Source of the DNA: Lytechinus pictus
Lineage: Eukaryota
NCBI RefSeq assembly: GCF_037042905.1
Contig: NC_087245.1
Coordinates: 39,124,001 to 39,188,000 of the forward strand
Direction: 5' to 3'
DNA length: 64,000 nt
Shown: positions 1 to 13,078 of the stretch, one piece after another
Layout: each line of letters starts with the position of its first letter
How positions within the stretch are numbered: position 1 is the stretch's first letter
Translations under genes and position numbers: made by a program
The notes under the pieces: model-generated
What the model was told of the DNA's origin: nothing
The model's input: only the letters and a program-made list of their open reading frames with translations
Databases searched by the model: none

Positions 1-1960
1 TTTTAGATACATGGGTTCATGCCCCCAATTTTTAGATATTGGCCTTAAACATGGGTCCATATCCGGGGTCCATATTCTCAAATTTGGGGTGATAAACTTT
101 TTGGTCAAGTTTTAAGCCCTTATTATGCATATCAATTCCTTTTATAGGAAAAGCGCTCCTCACAATTTCCGTATATTTGGCACCGGCCGTTTGGTACCGC
201 CTTGACTGAACTGTGCGAAGTGTGTGTGGTCTGTGTGTAGAGATAGACCGAGCCTTCAGCACTATTTCTTGGGGGTGCATAAATTGCCATAATTAGGTTT
301 ATTGTGACATAATAAAATTAATCACTGTAATCAATTAATCACTGGGGGAAAAGGATGTACTTCTCTTCACAAAATGAAGAGAAGTACACGAAGGGAAATT
401 TTGTACTTTTTGCATGTCATTGGACGGATGAAGACCCTCATTAAAGTATTGCATACGGGTGGAAGTGCTTGTGCATAGCCTATTTTGTGTTTGTAAATGG
501 TATTCCGTTCTATAGTCTGAATTCTTAACCTTATATCAACTCTTTTCTCTCTTTTGGGGATTTTGTAGATTAGCATCTATCCTGTATTAAATAAACTTGA
601 ACTTGATTTTGATAATAGTGACCTGAATGTTTTCATAATTTTATATGGCCAACCTCTCCTTCCGGCCCTACCGTTCTATTATGTTTCTTCCTCCCATTAC
701 AGATCCTCTTCCTCTTTTTCACCCTCCATCTCGAGTAATCACTTTCTTCCTTTCTCACTGACAATATGGAAGGGGTGCAGCTCCGATCGCCTCCTTACAT
801 CGAGAGGTACACATCGACAGGGCAAAAAAAAAAATCCTTTTAATGGAGACCACCCTGCTGATGTCCACGTTTAATGAAGTGCATATACTTTCACAGTATT
901 GACATTTCAGAAACTTTTTAACATTTGCTAAGATTTGACGTACACGAGATGACACTCAAAACTTCTTTTCTAAAATCGTGTACCATTATTTGATAACTCG
1001 GTGTAAATACCAATAAATCATGTAATGGACCTCGACACTCTTCATGTAGTCAGCATGTTCGATTGATACACGTTTGTAAAAAGTAAAACACACACATTAA
1101 TTATATAATTGATTTTTTTTTTTTTCTCATGTCTTAAAGGTAAAATAGACCTATGGTTTTATCATAAAGACCAGCTGCCATTAACAAATTTAATAAATAT
1201 CATCCCGTGTCTTTTCTTTGATCATGTAATGTTTAGAAACATTGCTGCTGCATAATTAGTGTGATTCATTTTTGTTTTGTCAAAATTATCTCATCGGCGA
1301 TTCCGTTCAAAATGCCCTATAATGGGACAGAGAGTTACATGTATATTTGTATTTTACGTGCATTAAAGCCACCGACAAGCTATGAATCGGCTTGGAGAAG
1401 ACATGCACGCAACTGATCTATAACCATGGACCTACTAGTACACAGCAGTAACATACAGACAATGAGGCATTCAGCATGTTCAGGGTTTCACATTCACATT
1501 GAAACGGATTTTTCCTATTGTTAGCTGCTTTGTGATTTTCACACCTTCATCCATTGTTCTCAAAACGTGCTAGACGGCGTAATTGACCAAATTCAGGTTC
1601 AAGGGGTGTTTATAGCTATATAGGGTCGTTGACTTCAACCAAGGACCTATAGATGTACAGTGCAGGCACATTATGGCCCACTCTAGACCGTTGCATGAAA
1701 TCACCCGAAATATCTTAAATATTCATTAATGCATAATGAGGGCGCGAAATCTGATAGTATGGCCTGAAATCTGGACATTTCAAGCACCTTTGTAACTATA
1801 AATATGATGCATATATTTAACCATTAATGCGAACGCGAACCGTGAGCCAATTTTTTTGATAAACTGTCATGAAAAGGGGATTTCAAGTAGTTTGTTGTAT
1901 AATCAATATTGAGACATACATAAATCGCCAATCAAAATGCGAGCGTGCAGCGCTAGCTGA

Positions 1961-2165
1961 GGCGCGATAGCTCAGTCGTAGAGCGGGGGTTTCGGATTCC
2001 GGTGAACCGGGTTCGATTCCCAAGTGGTGCGCGAGTGCCCTTTGGTAAGGCATTTATCCTCATTACCAGGTCCCTCGGAGAGGACCTTAAGCCGTTGGTC
2101 CCCTGATTGCTTGCTCACAGGCATTCGTGCTTTCTTAGCAGTCACGTAAAACATACTCGGTATAA
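1961..2165 (+). mobile_element. tRNA-derived SINE inserted in a dispersed GCGAGCGCGCAGCGC-type repeat
   Basis: Head GGCGCGATAGCTCAGTCG (A-box) ... GGTTCGATTCCC (B-box), followed by a non-tRNA body. Flanks (gctagctga / tgatacgatt) resemble the uninterrupted repeat copy near 15085. Confidence 0.7.
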
Positions 2166-2664
2166 CCTGATACGATTTGACAATCAGACCCGAAAAGGGA
2201 TATTTAGAAAATGTATGGAATGCACGAGAATGATAGGTACCAATCAAAATTCGCGAGCGCGCAGCACGAACAGAAAATATTAATATTCAGACCATAAAAC
2301 TGACATGTTTACAGAGCACTTTTAAAAAATCAGTTTGTAAATCACACAAAATAATGAAGTTCAATTTCCGAGGTGAAATGTGTTTTGTAAATTAACTTCC
2401 AAACTTGATACCTAAACTCATTGAACAAGATATGAAAATCACCTAACAGGCAATGCTGCAAGGGCAAAGCGCGAGCGAAAATTGTATAGTGACATGAAAG
2501 ATTTTTTTTCCCAAGTCTTTCCCTCATCTTATTTTATTCACTCGTCTTCCTCTACTTTATTCTCCTCTCTTTTCCCTCCTCTTTTCCCTTTTTTCTATCT
2601 TTTTTTTGCTCGACCAAGAGGGGGGGGGGGTCCCTCGCCCCCCGATCCGCCTATGCTTTGTGGA

Positions 2665-4150
2665 AAACAAGGTATCATAACGAAATGCATATAGAATATA
2701 TTTTAACCTGTTGTCAACTTCAAACAATCTTAAAAGATGTCCTGATAGATCGCAAATATGAAAGGCTACCAACTTCTATTTTGTCTTATTGACGTTTCCA
2801 ACTTTGTCGAGAAAATGCATCTTTGATATTATTTTCTTAACGGAGAACAATTAAGGGATCATAACGAAAGGCATATCAAATCTATTTTGTCTTGTTGACC
2901 CCTAACAACAATTTTAAAACATGTCCTGATAGATCGCACACCAATCTGAGATGTTTGTGACTTCCATTCTGTTTTATTTACGTTTCCAACATCGTCGAGA
3001 AAAGACGTATTTAATATTTCTTAACGGAGAACAAGGGATCATAACGAAAGGTATATCAAATCTATTTTAACTTGTTGACCCCTCGAAAAATTTTCAATCA
3101 TGCCCTGATAGATCGCACACCCATCTGAGATGTTTGTGACTTCTATTTTGTTTTATCTACGTTTCCAACTTTGTCGAGAAAATGCATCTTTCATATTTCT
3201 TAACGGATAACAGGGGATCATAACGAAAGGTATATCAAATATATTTTAACTTGTTGACACCTAAAAACAATTTTAAAACATGTCGTGATAGATCGCTCAC
3301 TATTCTGAGATGTTTGTGACTTCTATTCTGTTTTATTTACGTTTCCAACATCGTCGAGAAAAGACGTATTTAATATTTCTTAACGGACAACAAGGGATCA
3401 AAACGAAAGGTATATCAAATATATTTTAACTTGTTGACCCCTCGAAAAATATGTATCACCAATAAATATGAGATGCTACCAACTTCTATTTTATTTTATC
3501 TACATTTCCAACTTTGTCGAGAAAATGCATCTTTAATATTTCTTTACGGAGAACAGGGGATCATAACGAAAGGTATATCAAATCTATTTTAACTTGTTGA
3601 CCCCTAAAAACAACTTTAAAACATGTTGTGATAGATCGCACACCCATCTGAGATGTTTGTGACTTCTATTCTGTTTTATTTACGTTTCCAACATCGTCGA
3701 GAAAAGACGTAATTAATATTTCTTAACGGACAACAAGGGATCACAACGAAAGGTATATCAAATATATTTTAACTTGTTGACACCTAAAAACAATTTTAAA
3801 ACATGTCGTGATAGATCGCTCACTATTCTGAGATGTTTGTGACTTTTATTCTGTTTTATTTACGTTTCCAACATCGTCGAGAAAAGACGTATTTAATATT
3901 TCTTAACGGACAACAAGGGATCAAAGCGAAAGGTATATCAAATATATTTTAACTTGTTGACCCCTAAAAACAACTTTAAAACATGTTGTGATAGATCGCA
4001 CACCCATCTGAGATGTTTGTGACTTCTATTCTGTTTTACTTTCCTTTTGTCAATTATATTTCGTCATGGAGAACGGGAGTTCATAACGAAAGGTATACAA
4101 AATATATTTTCACTCGTTCGCCCCTCAAAACAATTTAAAAGCATGTCCTG
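2665..4150. repeat. ~180-bp tandem satellite, about 8 copies, two unit variants
   Basis: ACAAGGGATCATAACGAAAGG-like motif recurs near 2668, 2853, 3031, 3210, 3390, 3553, 3733, 3913 and 4072. Variants carry GAAAATGCATCTTT or GAAAAGACGTATTT. Confidence 0.9.
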
Positions 4151-4399
4151 ATCCGCCACCGTTTTGCTTGCGCGACTCTCGTAAACACGGGATTTTTTTT
4201 GATTTTTTTTATTGGTACTTTGTACAGGAAGCTTGCCCCAAGCAACCCCTATTCCCCCTCTCGTAGATCCGCCCGCACCTCACGCGCTGCATTCGCTGCA
4301 AAGCTTCGCTGCAAATGTTGATCCGACGTGCACGCCGAACACTGACCTCATTTTATGTGAAGTGTACGCTAGCGCGCTGTGTGTGTGTGTGTGTATGTG

Positions 4400-6958
4400 A
4401 ACTTGCACTATTCAGTGTATTCTCGTGCGACGCTCCGGCGGATTAGCCAATAGCGATCGAGATAATAATTGCCCCGTTCCCCAGCGTGTACGGATTATGC
4501 AAATTAGCTTTAATGTAGAATATAACGGTACTTCGTACTAATCTCTTGGAACTCCTTTGCACACTCTCATTAAGGAACAATGGCTATGCACGCGTTGGAA
4601 CGCATTTGGGCTTTTGACGCCTCGCCTTATAATTATGACTTGTCAAGGATTGTTCATAAAACTTCAAAGAACAGAGGGAAGATTCATCCCGATGCATGGA
4701 GGAACATCAAGGAGTTAGGCATCCAGGCTCATCTTCGAGGAAAGAATAGATCGAAAAAGAATAGAGTAAGAACACAGACCGATACCAACATCACATCTTT
4801 TGATCCACCTAGTTGTATTCCTTCACCTATACCGGTTGTTATATCAAGGCAAAGGAAACCAAAGTCTCTGGTTTCAAGAGAAATCAATTGTGATAATCTT
4901 AAGGCAGTGCCTATTGTATGTAGCTCTGTAGTACAATCCAATAATAATGTATGTCTATGGAATGCACATTCTATTCGTAACAAATCAACCGAGATAACAG
5001 AGTATGTACAAGAATATGATGTTGATATGTTGTTTATTACCGAAACATGGTTAAGTGAAACAGATGATGTAGTGATTGGTGAGTGTACACCACCAGGTTA
5101 TACATTCATAAGTTCTCCTAGAATCTCTAGTACTCGAGGAGGTGGTATCGGCGTATTGTTCAAAACATCATTAAAAATGAAGAAGAAGAAAGAGTAGAAA
5201 AGATATTGATGCTCTGAATGTTGTCCCTGACACTAGGTTTGTTGATTCAGTTGATAAAACTATTCCGCTCTTTGAAAGCTTTCAATCATATACTCAATCT
5301 GACGTGTCCAAGCTTATTATGAATTTCACTAACACATCCTGTATGTTAGATCCCATCCCGACATGGCTTCTAAGAGATAATCTTGTGCAGTTATTGCCAT
5401 TAATCACTGACATTATTAATATCTCTCTATCTACAGGTAGTTTCCCTTTAGGAGCACATTCATCAATTGTTAGACCCCTGTTGAAAAAGCCGAATCTGGA
5501 TCAAAATGAACTTTCAAACTACAGACCAGTTTCTAATCTCTCTTTTCTTGCTAAACTCATTGAAAAAGCAGCTTGTTCACAACTAGTTCAACACATTGAA
5601 AGCAATAGTATGTTTGATTCTGTTCAATCTGCTTACAGGTCGCATCATAGCACAGAGTCGGCACTGGTTAAAGTTAACGATATCATGTTTTCCCTTGACT
5701 GTAACAGAGTTGTTTTGATCACACTTTTAGATTTATCTGCTGCTTTTGACACGATTGACCACAAATTTTTTTTATCTCGTCTTTACAGCAGAATAGGTGT
5801 GAGATCTACAACTCTGTTATGGTTTGAGTCATACCTCACAGGATGGTCCTCCAGAGTTAACATTACTGGTGAACTATCTAAACCCACTAACCTTGATTTT
5901 GGTCTTCCTCAAGGTTTGGTAGTAGGCCCCATCGGGTATTCTATATACACCCTACCAGTTGGTAACATTATTACACATCATTGTATCAACTACCATCTTT
6001 ATGCCGATGACACCCAATTGTATATTTCATTCAATCCGAAAATCCCAGGAGATTTAGTTGTTGCTATGTTTCGACTTCAGAACTGTATTTTAGATATTAG
6101 AAACTGGATGACAGTTAATAAATTAAAGTTAAATGACTCAAAAATAGAATTCTTCATAGCGGCCTCTCCACACAACCTACGCAATCTGCCAGATCTAAAG
6201 TTAATAGTTGGCGATATATCCATAAGCCCTTCAGTTACTGTTAAAAATCTTGGTGTAATTTTTGATAGAGAAATGTCAATGGTGGACCGTGTTTCTCAAA
6301 TATGCACTACTGTAACTTTTCATTTGAGGAATATTTCTCGAATTAGAAGATATATTACTAAATCGGCCTGTAACAATGCAATTCGTTCTCTAGTTCTGTC
6401 CCGTTTAGATTACTGCAATGGTCTTCTCTCTAACATCCCCATTACTCAAGTAGATCGCATTCAAAGGCTTAAAAATTAGGCAGCTCGAATAATTTATCAA
6501 GTAACAAGATATCACTTCTCTAAACCACTCCTTGAATCGTTACACTGGCTTCCCATACGACATCGTATAGTTTTTAAGTTACTTTTGTTAGTTTTTAAGT
6601 CTCTTAATAAGCAGGCACCTTTATATTTGCGTGATTGTTTAACCCTATACACCCCTCGCAGGAATGTACGATCCTCCAGTGACCCATTCCGTCTCACATA
6701 TAAAATCACTAAGAAACTGGCTGGAGAAAGGACTTTTACCATAACTGCTTCAAAATATTGGAATCGCTTACCTTTTACTCTTAGACAATCACCATCTGTT
6801 GCTTCATTTAAAAAGGGACTTAAAACATTTCTTTTTTCCAATCCAGATTTTTAGGATTGTAAGGTTTCATTTTTATAGTTGTACTAATTTCTTTTTCTTG
6901 TTGTAAGCGCTTTGGGCCATTCTGGGAAAAGCGCAGTATATAAATAATAATAATAATC
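4400..6958 (+). mobile_element. L2/CR1-group LINE, internally deleted and inactive (5' boundary approximate)
   Basis: ORF 4580-5197 ends in an APE endonuclease N-terminus (WNAHSIRNK, FITETWL, RGGGIG). ORF 5304-6479 has RT motifs (NYRPVSNL, LDLSAAFD, GLPQG, YADD). The 3' end has an AAGCGC-based hairpin and an (AAT)n tail at 6942-6957. Confidence 0.9.
5200..6854 (+). pseudogene. LINE ORF2 reverse transcriptase region with one in-frame stop at 6477-6479
   Basis: ORFs 5304-6479 and 6585-6854 share a frame. Reading through the TAG gives AARII...LHWLPIRHRIVFKLL...WNRLP...SFKKGLKTFLF, a typical L2 ORF2 C-terminus. Confidence 0.85.
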
Positions 6959-7122
6959 TATCAATAAGATTGCGCGTTGGTTATCATGTACGCGTCGGCA
7001 TTTAAGTGCGACCTAAGTCATACATGAATCTTCGTGAAACACCCCCCTGATTTTCTTTGGTCTTGATTTAGTTCCTACTAAAAAAGAAAGGGTCGCCAGT
7101 CATATGCAAAGTTGCTCCAAAG

Positions 7123-8056
7123 CATAGGCGGCGGAAGTGGGGGGGGGGGGACGGGGAGTCCTGTCCCCCCCCTAACCCCTAAATTTTTGTTGATAACTTT
7201 TTTTTTCGCTTGTCAAATTTTTCACCTGTGTAGGGACAGTGATTTTCCGCGATCGCGGAAAATGGACGGAATTCATGGAATCGGCCTTTTGAAACGGAAA
7301 GTGGCTTTTCAGATGGAAAATCACGGAAAACATGTTTTTTTCAAAATGCACAAAATAGCAACAGAAATTACTCCCAAATCCTCAACAAAATACGAATATC
7401 AACTGGAAAAAACACGATCTGACTTAGCTACAACAATCATGACAATCAACACATCGTAACTACACTCGAGCCCCTCGATCGTATCTAAATTAGTTTACAC
7501 TCACGTCCGCATATAAGGCAGAATACGGCCGTGTGTTGCTGCCCTCTGCGTTCGGTCATAATATCATGATCACGGTGATTAAACAAATCCAAAATGGCGG
7601 ATAGGTGGAAGTCGTCAACTTATCAAAACAATGTCCGAAAAGTCCCCAAATCAGTGATAAAATCTCATTTAATCATAAAATAATGCTAATAATATGAAAG
7701 GTGAGGATTTATTCATTTTGATTATGTTTCTCTAAATAGTTTTTGAGCTCGAATCTCTTTGATTAAAATGGATTTTAAAGCGATGTTAGTACATTGGTAG
7801 ATGCAAATTTTGACAGCGCTAGCATTTTGACATCATTGCGTATTGGTTTTCTATGTTAACGGAATTGTCACTTTTTCATGTACACAAAGTCTACATGGGG
7901 AAACGGAATTTCCGTTTTCAGACATGCTGAAACGGAATTTGAGATTTTCTGAACGGAAAAGGCAATTTTTAGAAACGGAAAATCACTGTCCCTACCCGTG
8001 TCCATCAAAAAATTTCAAGTGGACCCCCCTAAATTTTTTGACTTCCGCCGCCAATG
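7123..8056. mobile_element. MITE with CA..TG termini and 8-bp TSD (hAT/P-like), containing a nested element
   Basis: TIR CATAGGCGGCGGAAGT (7123) / ACTTCCGCCGCCAATG (ends 8056). Perfect TSD CTCCAAAG at 7115-7122 and 8057-8064. Confidence 0.85.
7231..7994. mobile_element. ~760-bp non-autonomous TIR element nested in the previous MITE
   Basis: TIR TAGGGACAGTGATTTTCCG / CGGAAAATCACTGTCCCTA. A diverged inverted copy lies at 45897-46631. Confidence 0.85.
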
Positions 8057-8121
8057 CTCCAAAGTTAAGAACAGTTTTATGAGACACCAAATTGGCCATA
8101 ATGAAAAAAAAAGAGACTGAC

Positions 8122-8565
8122 CTTCTCATTGAACTTGAGCTTGTAAGGGATAGCCTGGAACTTCTTTGGTTTCCTGATGGGATTCTTGCCATTGCTTGGG
8201 AAGAAGTAGGATGGGACACCTAGTGCTCCGGTGTACGTGAAACCCCACACATAAACACTCGTATACCTCTTCCTGTGCTTCCCGACCATCTGCACCACAT
8301 CATCGGCATACATCCCCGTTTCGTTTTTCACCATGGACTTTGGAAAGTCGTAGTTCTGGTCCTGTCCCGTGACATGCGTTGCATATGTTCTTGACTGACC
8401 AGGATTTGCGGTAGCAGTGTCCCTGCATAAGGTGTTTGATGTCGTTGCCTGCGGAGACCGGTGCTGCAGGTGGGACGGTGGAAGAGTACAGGATGCCCTT
8501 GGCAACACAAAGCAACTGTAACTTGCCCGCTGAAGTAGAGGAGAGACTTGAGTCAAAGACATCAT
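8122..8565 (-). CDS. RCC1L: RCC1-like protein (WBSCR16/RCC1L, mitochondrial), first coding exon, 148 codons
   Basis: VYVWGFTYTGALGVPSY...KPKKFQAIPYKLKFNEK resembles the RCC1L segment VFVWGFSFSGALGVPSF...IQPVPYRL. The N-terminus is S/R/L-rich and presequence-like. Phase-0 donor AAG|GTCAGT at 8121, polypyrimidine/TTTCAG acceptor at 8607-8608. Downstream exons were not recognised in the window. Confidence 0.8.
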
Positions 8566-8689
8566 TGACTTATCGACTCAAAGCATATTTTGGTGAAGAT
8601 TAAATTCTGAAAATTAAATGGTGTAAAAGAAAGAATGCAGGAACAGTGTAAAATAATCAGTCTTTAGTTTCACAGAGTCTAGTCTAACT

Positions 8690-9244
8690 GATTTAAATAA
8701 AAAGAGAAAAATCTAACAAGCATAAAACTGAAAATTCATCAAAATCGGATGTAAAATAAGGAAGTTATGACTTCTTCAGGTTTTGCTTAATTTCATAAAA
8801 CAGTTATCTTCACATCCTGGTCGGTATGCAAATGAGAAGACATATGACATCATCCACTCACTATTTCTTTTGTATTTTATTGTACGAAAATATTCTCATT
8901 TTATCCTCATTGTCAAGTGAAACAATTAATTCCACCACATGTGATCATGTGGAATTAGCATCATTTAATACCATATGGTTCAGTCAATTTGGTCCTTATT
9001 GTCAAATCTGTAAAAAATGATAATTCAAATGATAAAAAACAAAAGAAAAAGTGAGGGACATCGTCGACCATCTTGTCAGAGTTGTACTTGTACATATCAC
9101 TGTTTTGTGAAAAACAAGTGAAACTTAAAAATGTCATAACTTTCTTATTTTACATCATTTTGATGAAATTCTCAGCATTATGCTAGTTTGATTTTTCTCT
9201 ATTTATTTAAATTAACATTTTCTGGGGGTGAACTTGACCTTTAA
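8690..9244. mobile_element. Partial Kolobok-type MITE (same family as 48600-49198)
   Basis: Internal palindromic arms (AAATAAGAAAGTTATGAC-like / GTCATAACTTTCTTATTT) and a right end GGGGTGAACTTGACCT-TTAA. Confidence 0.65.
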
Positions 9245-9782
9245 AGTTTAATTTTAAGATTATCCGTTTTTCTCATAAGTCATATTCATATTCATTATTA
9301 AGACATAAGAAGGAGTACCTTTAGAATCCAATGTCATGAATCGATTACAAAAGAGCAATTACCTACTAATTGCGGCTGCCGGTGTGGTGCGATATCAGTT
9401 TTGTCGCCCTCTACGTTCGTGAGTGAATTAAGAGTCCCCGGCGACAAGCAGGAATCGGATCGGGAGATGGATAAAGGATGGGGGGGGGGGAGGGGGCAGA
9501 TGGGGGAGGGGGGATGGCCCCGTAGAGGGAGTACACGACTTGTCCAATGTGGTGGATGTAGTAGGAGAGAGTGAAGTAATGGCAGGTGATATAATAATCA
9601 GAGGACTTAAAAAGGGATGATATATATGAAGGGATCAAAGAGGGGGCGCGTGATCGAGGACACGTGCAATGGTATATAATTATGTTGATGATGTTGTTTA
9701 AGGAATGATATACGTTGATATCTATATATGGATACAGAATACTTGGATACTATTATATTAAAACATGTATGGATATGAATAC

Positions 9783-10455
9783 ATGGATACGTGGATACTT
9801 GGATACTATTGGATACTTGGATACTTGGATACGTGGATACGCGGATACGTGGATACTTGGATACTATTGGATACTTGGATACTTGGATACGTGGATACGT
9901 GGATACTTGGATACTGTTGGATACTTGGATACGTGGATACGCGGATACGTGGATACGTGGATACGCGGATACTATTGGATACTTGGATACTTGGATACTT
10001 GGATACGTGGATACGTGGATACGTGGATACGTGGATACGCGGATACGTGGATACGCGGATACTATTGGATACTTGGATACTTGGATACGTGGATACGTGG
10101 ATACGCGGATACGCGGATACGCGGATACGTGGATACTTGGATACTATTGGAGACTTGGATACTTGGATACTTGGATACGTGGATACGTGGATACGCGGAT
10201 ACGTGGATACGTGGATACGCGGATACGTGGATACGTGGATACGTGGATACGCGGATACGTGGATACTTGGATACTGTTGGATACGCGGATACTTGGATAC
10301 GTGGATACGCGGATACGTGGATACGTGGATACTATTGGATACTTGGATACTTGGATACTATTGGAGACTTGGATACTTGGATACGTGGATACGCGGATAC
10401 GTGGATACGGGGATCTTAGATACCTTTGGTTACATGGATACTTGGATACGCGGCT
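9783..10455 (+). repeat. Subterminal octamer array (GGATACGT/GGATACTT/GGATACGC with GGATACTATT spacers)
   Basis: Directly visible. It produces the three low-complexity ORFs at 9715-10483. Confidence 0.95.
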
Positions 10456-12724
10456 ACGGGCACATGCCTACATGAAAACTTAGATACATAGATACTTGGA
10501 TAAGAACATCAAGGAGTTTTTGATACTCTGGAACATGGAAAACACATGAAGAAGTGCATGATACTAAGTGTACTTTTAGAACGAAGCATCACAGACCCTA
10601 ATTACCTTATTTTCAGATAATTGACATCGTCACTTTTAATCTGTATTTTTCTTGAGAGAAAAGATAGAAAAGGCTACTTTCATCAGTGAATCGTTAAAAA
10701 TTGGCTGCTCTCTTTATAATTATAACGAGACATATATCAATTCCCTAAGCCCATATGATTACAATTTGACCAATTAATCTTAATCCTTTTAGGATTGATT
10801 TTATTTAATTAAGTTGATTTCAGTAAACAAAATATAAATAAACTATTTGGATTATTATAGATTTTTCAGTCAACATAAAAGAAGGCTAATATAATAACAT
10901 GTACGAATATGCAGCTTAAAGGTCAAGTCTACCCAAAAAGTTATTGATTTGAATCAATAGAGAAATAAGAAACAAGCCAATTTCATCAAAAAACGTATGT
11001 AAAATAAGAAAGTTATGACATTTGGAAGTTTTTCGCTTATATTTCGCAAAACAATTACAATCATGTACAACTCAGTGATAAGTAATAAGACACGAGCAAC
11101 AGAGAACAACAAAATAGTTAAGTAAGGGGATAATAAGAACGATATACGTTTTGGTTATATTAAAATGACCAATCAATTTCAAAACATTGGTTACAATTCG
11201 ACAATTAATTTCACTCACTCCTGTTGGTAATTGCAACGAGACACATCATAGGGCCAATATCACAATCCTTTTTTTAAACAAATTAATTTCATTCCTATGT
11301 CTTGTTATGTGAATGTCTCGTTCTGATTATAAATTATCTCATATGACTCGTTCTATTTATAATTATTGGCATATAATTTACTTCTTTTCAAAAATTATAG
11401 AAAGAGTGAACTTGATGAAGAGAAATAGAAGAGGAATTACAGAAGGGGGAAAATAGGATAAAAGGAGAAGACGGAGGAGGAGAATGAAGAAAAATAGGAA
11501 TATGAAGTAAGGGAGTGCAATACAAAGTTTTGTGAATGATATATTGCATTATTGGCATATAATATTATTTACTTCTTTTCAAAAATTATCTTCCTACTTA
11601 TACATCCAGAAGACTATCAAGAGAGCATGGAGAACTGCAATTGTAACAGAACATCGGCATGCAATGACGCCTATGATATAATATCTCGTTTTAAGCATAA
11701 ATTGGATTAAACTTTAATTGGTGGGTTGTAATGTGAATGTCTCGTTCTGATTATAAATACAGATAAGTATTAGTCCTATATGATTCGTTCTATATCTTAA
11801 TTTTTATCAAAAATGATTTTTTTTTTTAAATAAATATTTTATGAATTTAGACCTAGTTAAAAATTGAATAAGTTGACCGGTTTATGAAAAGACATGACTT
11901 TCTTAGCGTTTTTTTAAATGGTGAACAGGAATGTTATATCTGACTAAACAATATTACTGATTCGAGTGCGAAGCGCGATTTAAAATATGTTATAGGGCCT
12001 ATTGCGATCGGAAACTTCATATTTTAAGTACGTTTTGTACATAAATTTAAACCTAAAAACGGACATTCCTTGCTTTTTTTTGGGGGGGGGGGTCTTGTTG
12101 TATGCATTAAAAATTCTTTAGTAATTTACGTTAAATAATGTGTTTAATTGCCAATATTTATTATCATCTACGATTATGCTGTAACGAAAAATGCATACAC
12201 GACATACCTACAGTTACAACATCACCTTATTAATAAACTGGTAATAGATACTGTCTTGCTCGAATGCAGTATACTGAAAATTTATCAAAATCGAATATAA
12301 AATAAGAAAGTTATGACATTTAAAGATACGCTTATTTTCAACAATTGGAAATTTTGAAATATGACGTGCTTGCACAACACATGTAATTCGATTTAATTAT
12401 GTTAAAAAATGTCACTTCAGAATTCCTTCAGTTCATTGATATAGAACCACCTGTGAATGCCTTTGAGACTATAGGGATACCGTGTAAGATTAATACCCCA
12501 AATTCTTGAAAGGAGGGATTAAGATTTAATAGTGATTACGTAATCTATTGAAGTTAATGACCGGCATGAACGTGAGACCGGCATGAGACGAGGAAAGAAA
12601 GATGAAATAAAAAAAGAGAAAAAAATGTGAAAAAGGAATATAAGAAAAAACAGAAATTCAAGTTTATATTCCTAATGCATTTTAAGCACTTTGTTTGATC
12701 GTGAATGATATTTTATTAATAAGA

Positions 12725-13078
12725 AATAATAATAAATGATAGCATGTTTATAAATATCGCTTTTCTCAGAACGGCTCAAAACGATTTACAGCATATTATT
12801 GTCCCATGATTCATTTCAATCCCGCATGAAAAGTGCACAATTTCCACATCTTGGGAAGCATTCCTTGCATTCATCGCAGCCTCGAAATGGCGCTTGCAAA
12901 TTCAAGCATACAATAACTTTCGCATCCAACCGGGTACCCATTTAGCACCTGGGTCGAGAGTGGCAAGGTGTGCCGGCAATACGTCTTACCAAAGGACGGT
13001 ATATAGACCGCGGTGAGAATCGAACACACGACTCTCCGTTTACAAGGCGGGAGTCAGAACCACTATACGCCACGACTC
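12725..13078 (-). mobile_element. tRNA-derived SINE with L2-like 3' tail (inside copy 1)
   Basis: Reverse complement of 33693-34046. Confidence 0.7.

Noticed and set aside
1..7100. Further RCC1L exons
   Set aside because: No minus-strand segment resembling the expected next motif (ACGYGF) was recognised. The exons probably lie outside the window.
9715..10483. 230-236-aa W/Y/D/T-rich ORFs in all three frames (and mirrors at 36280-36760, 19737-20366, 26182-26699)
   Set aside because: They are translations of stop-free GGATAC arrays and are open in all frames.
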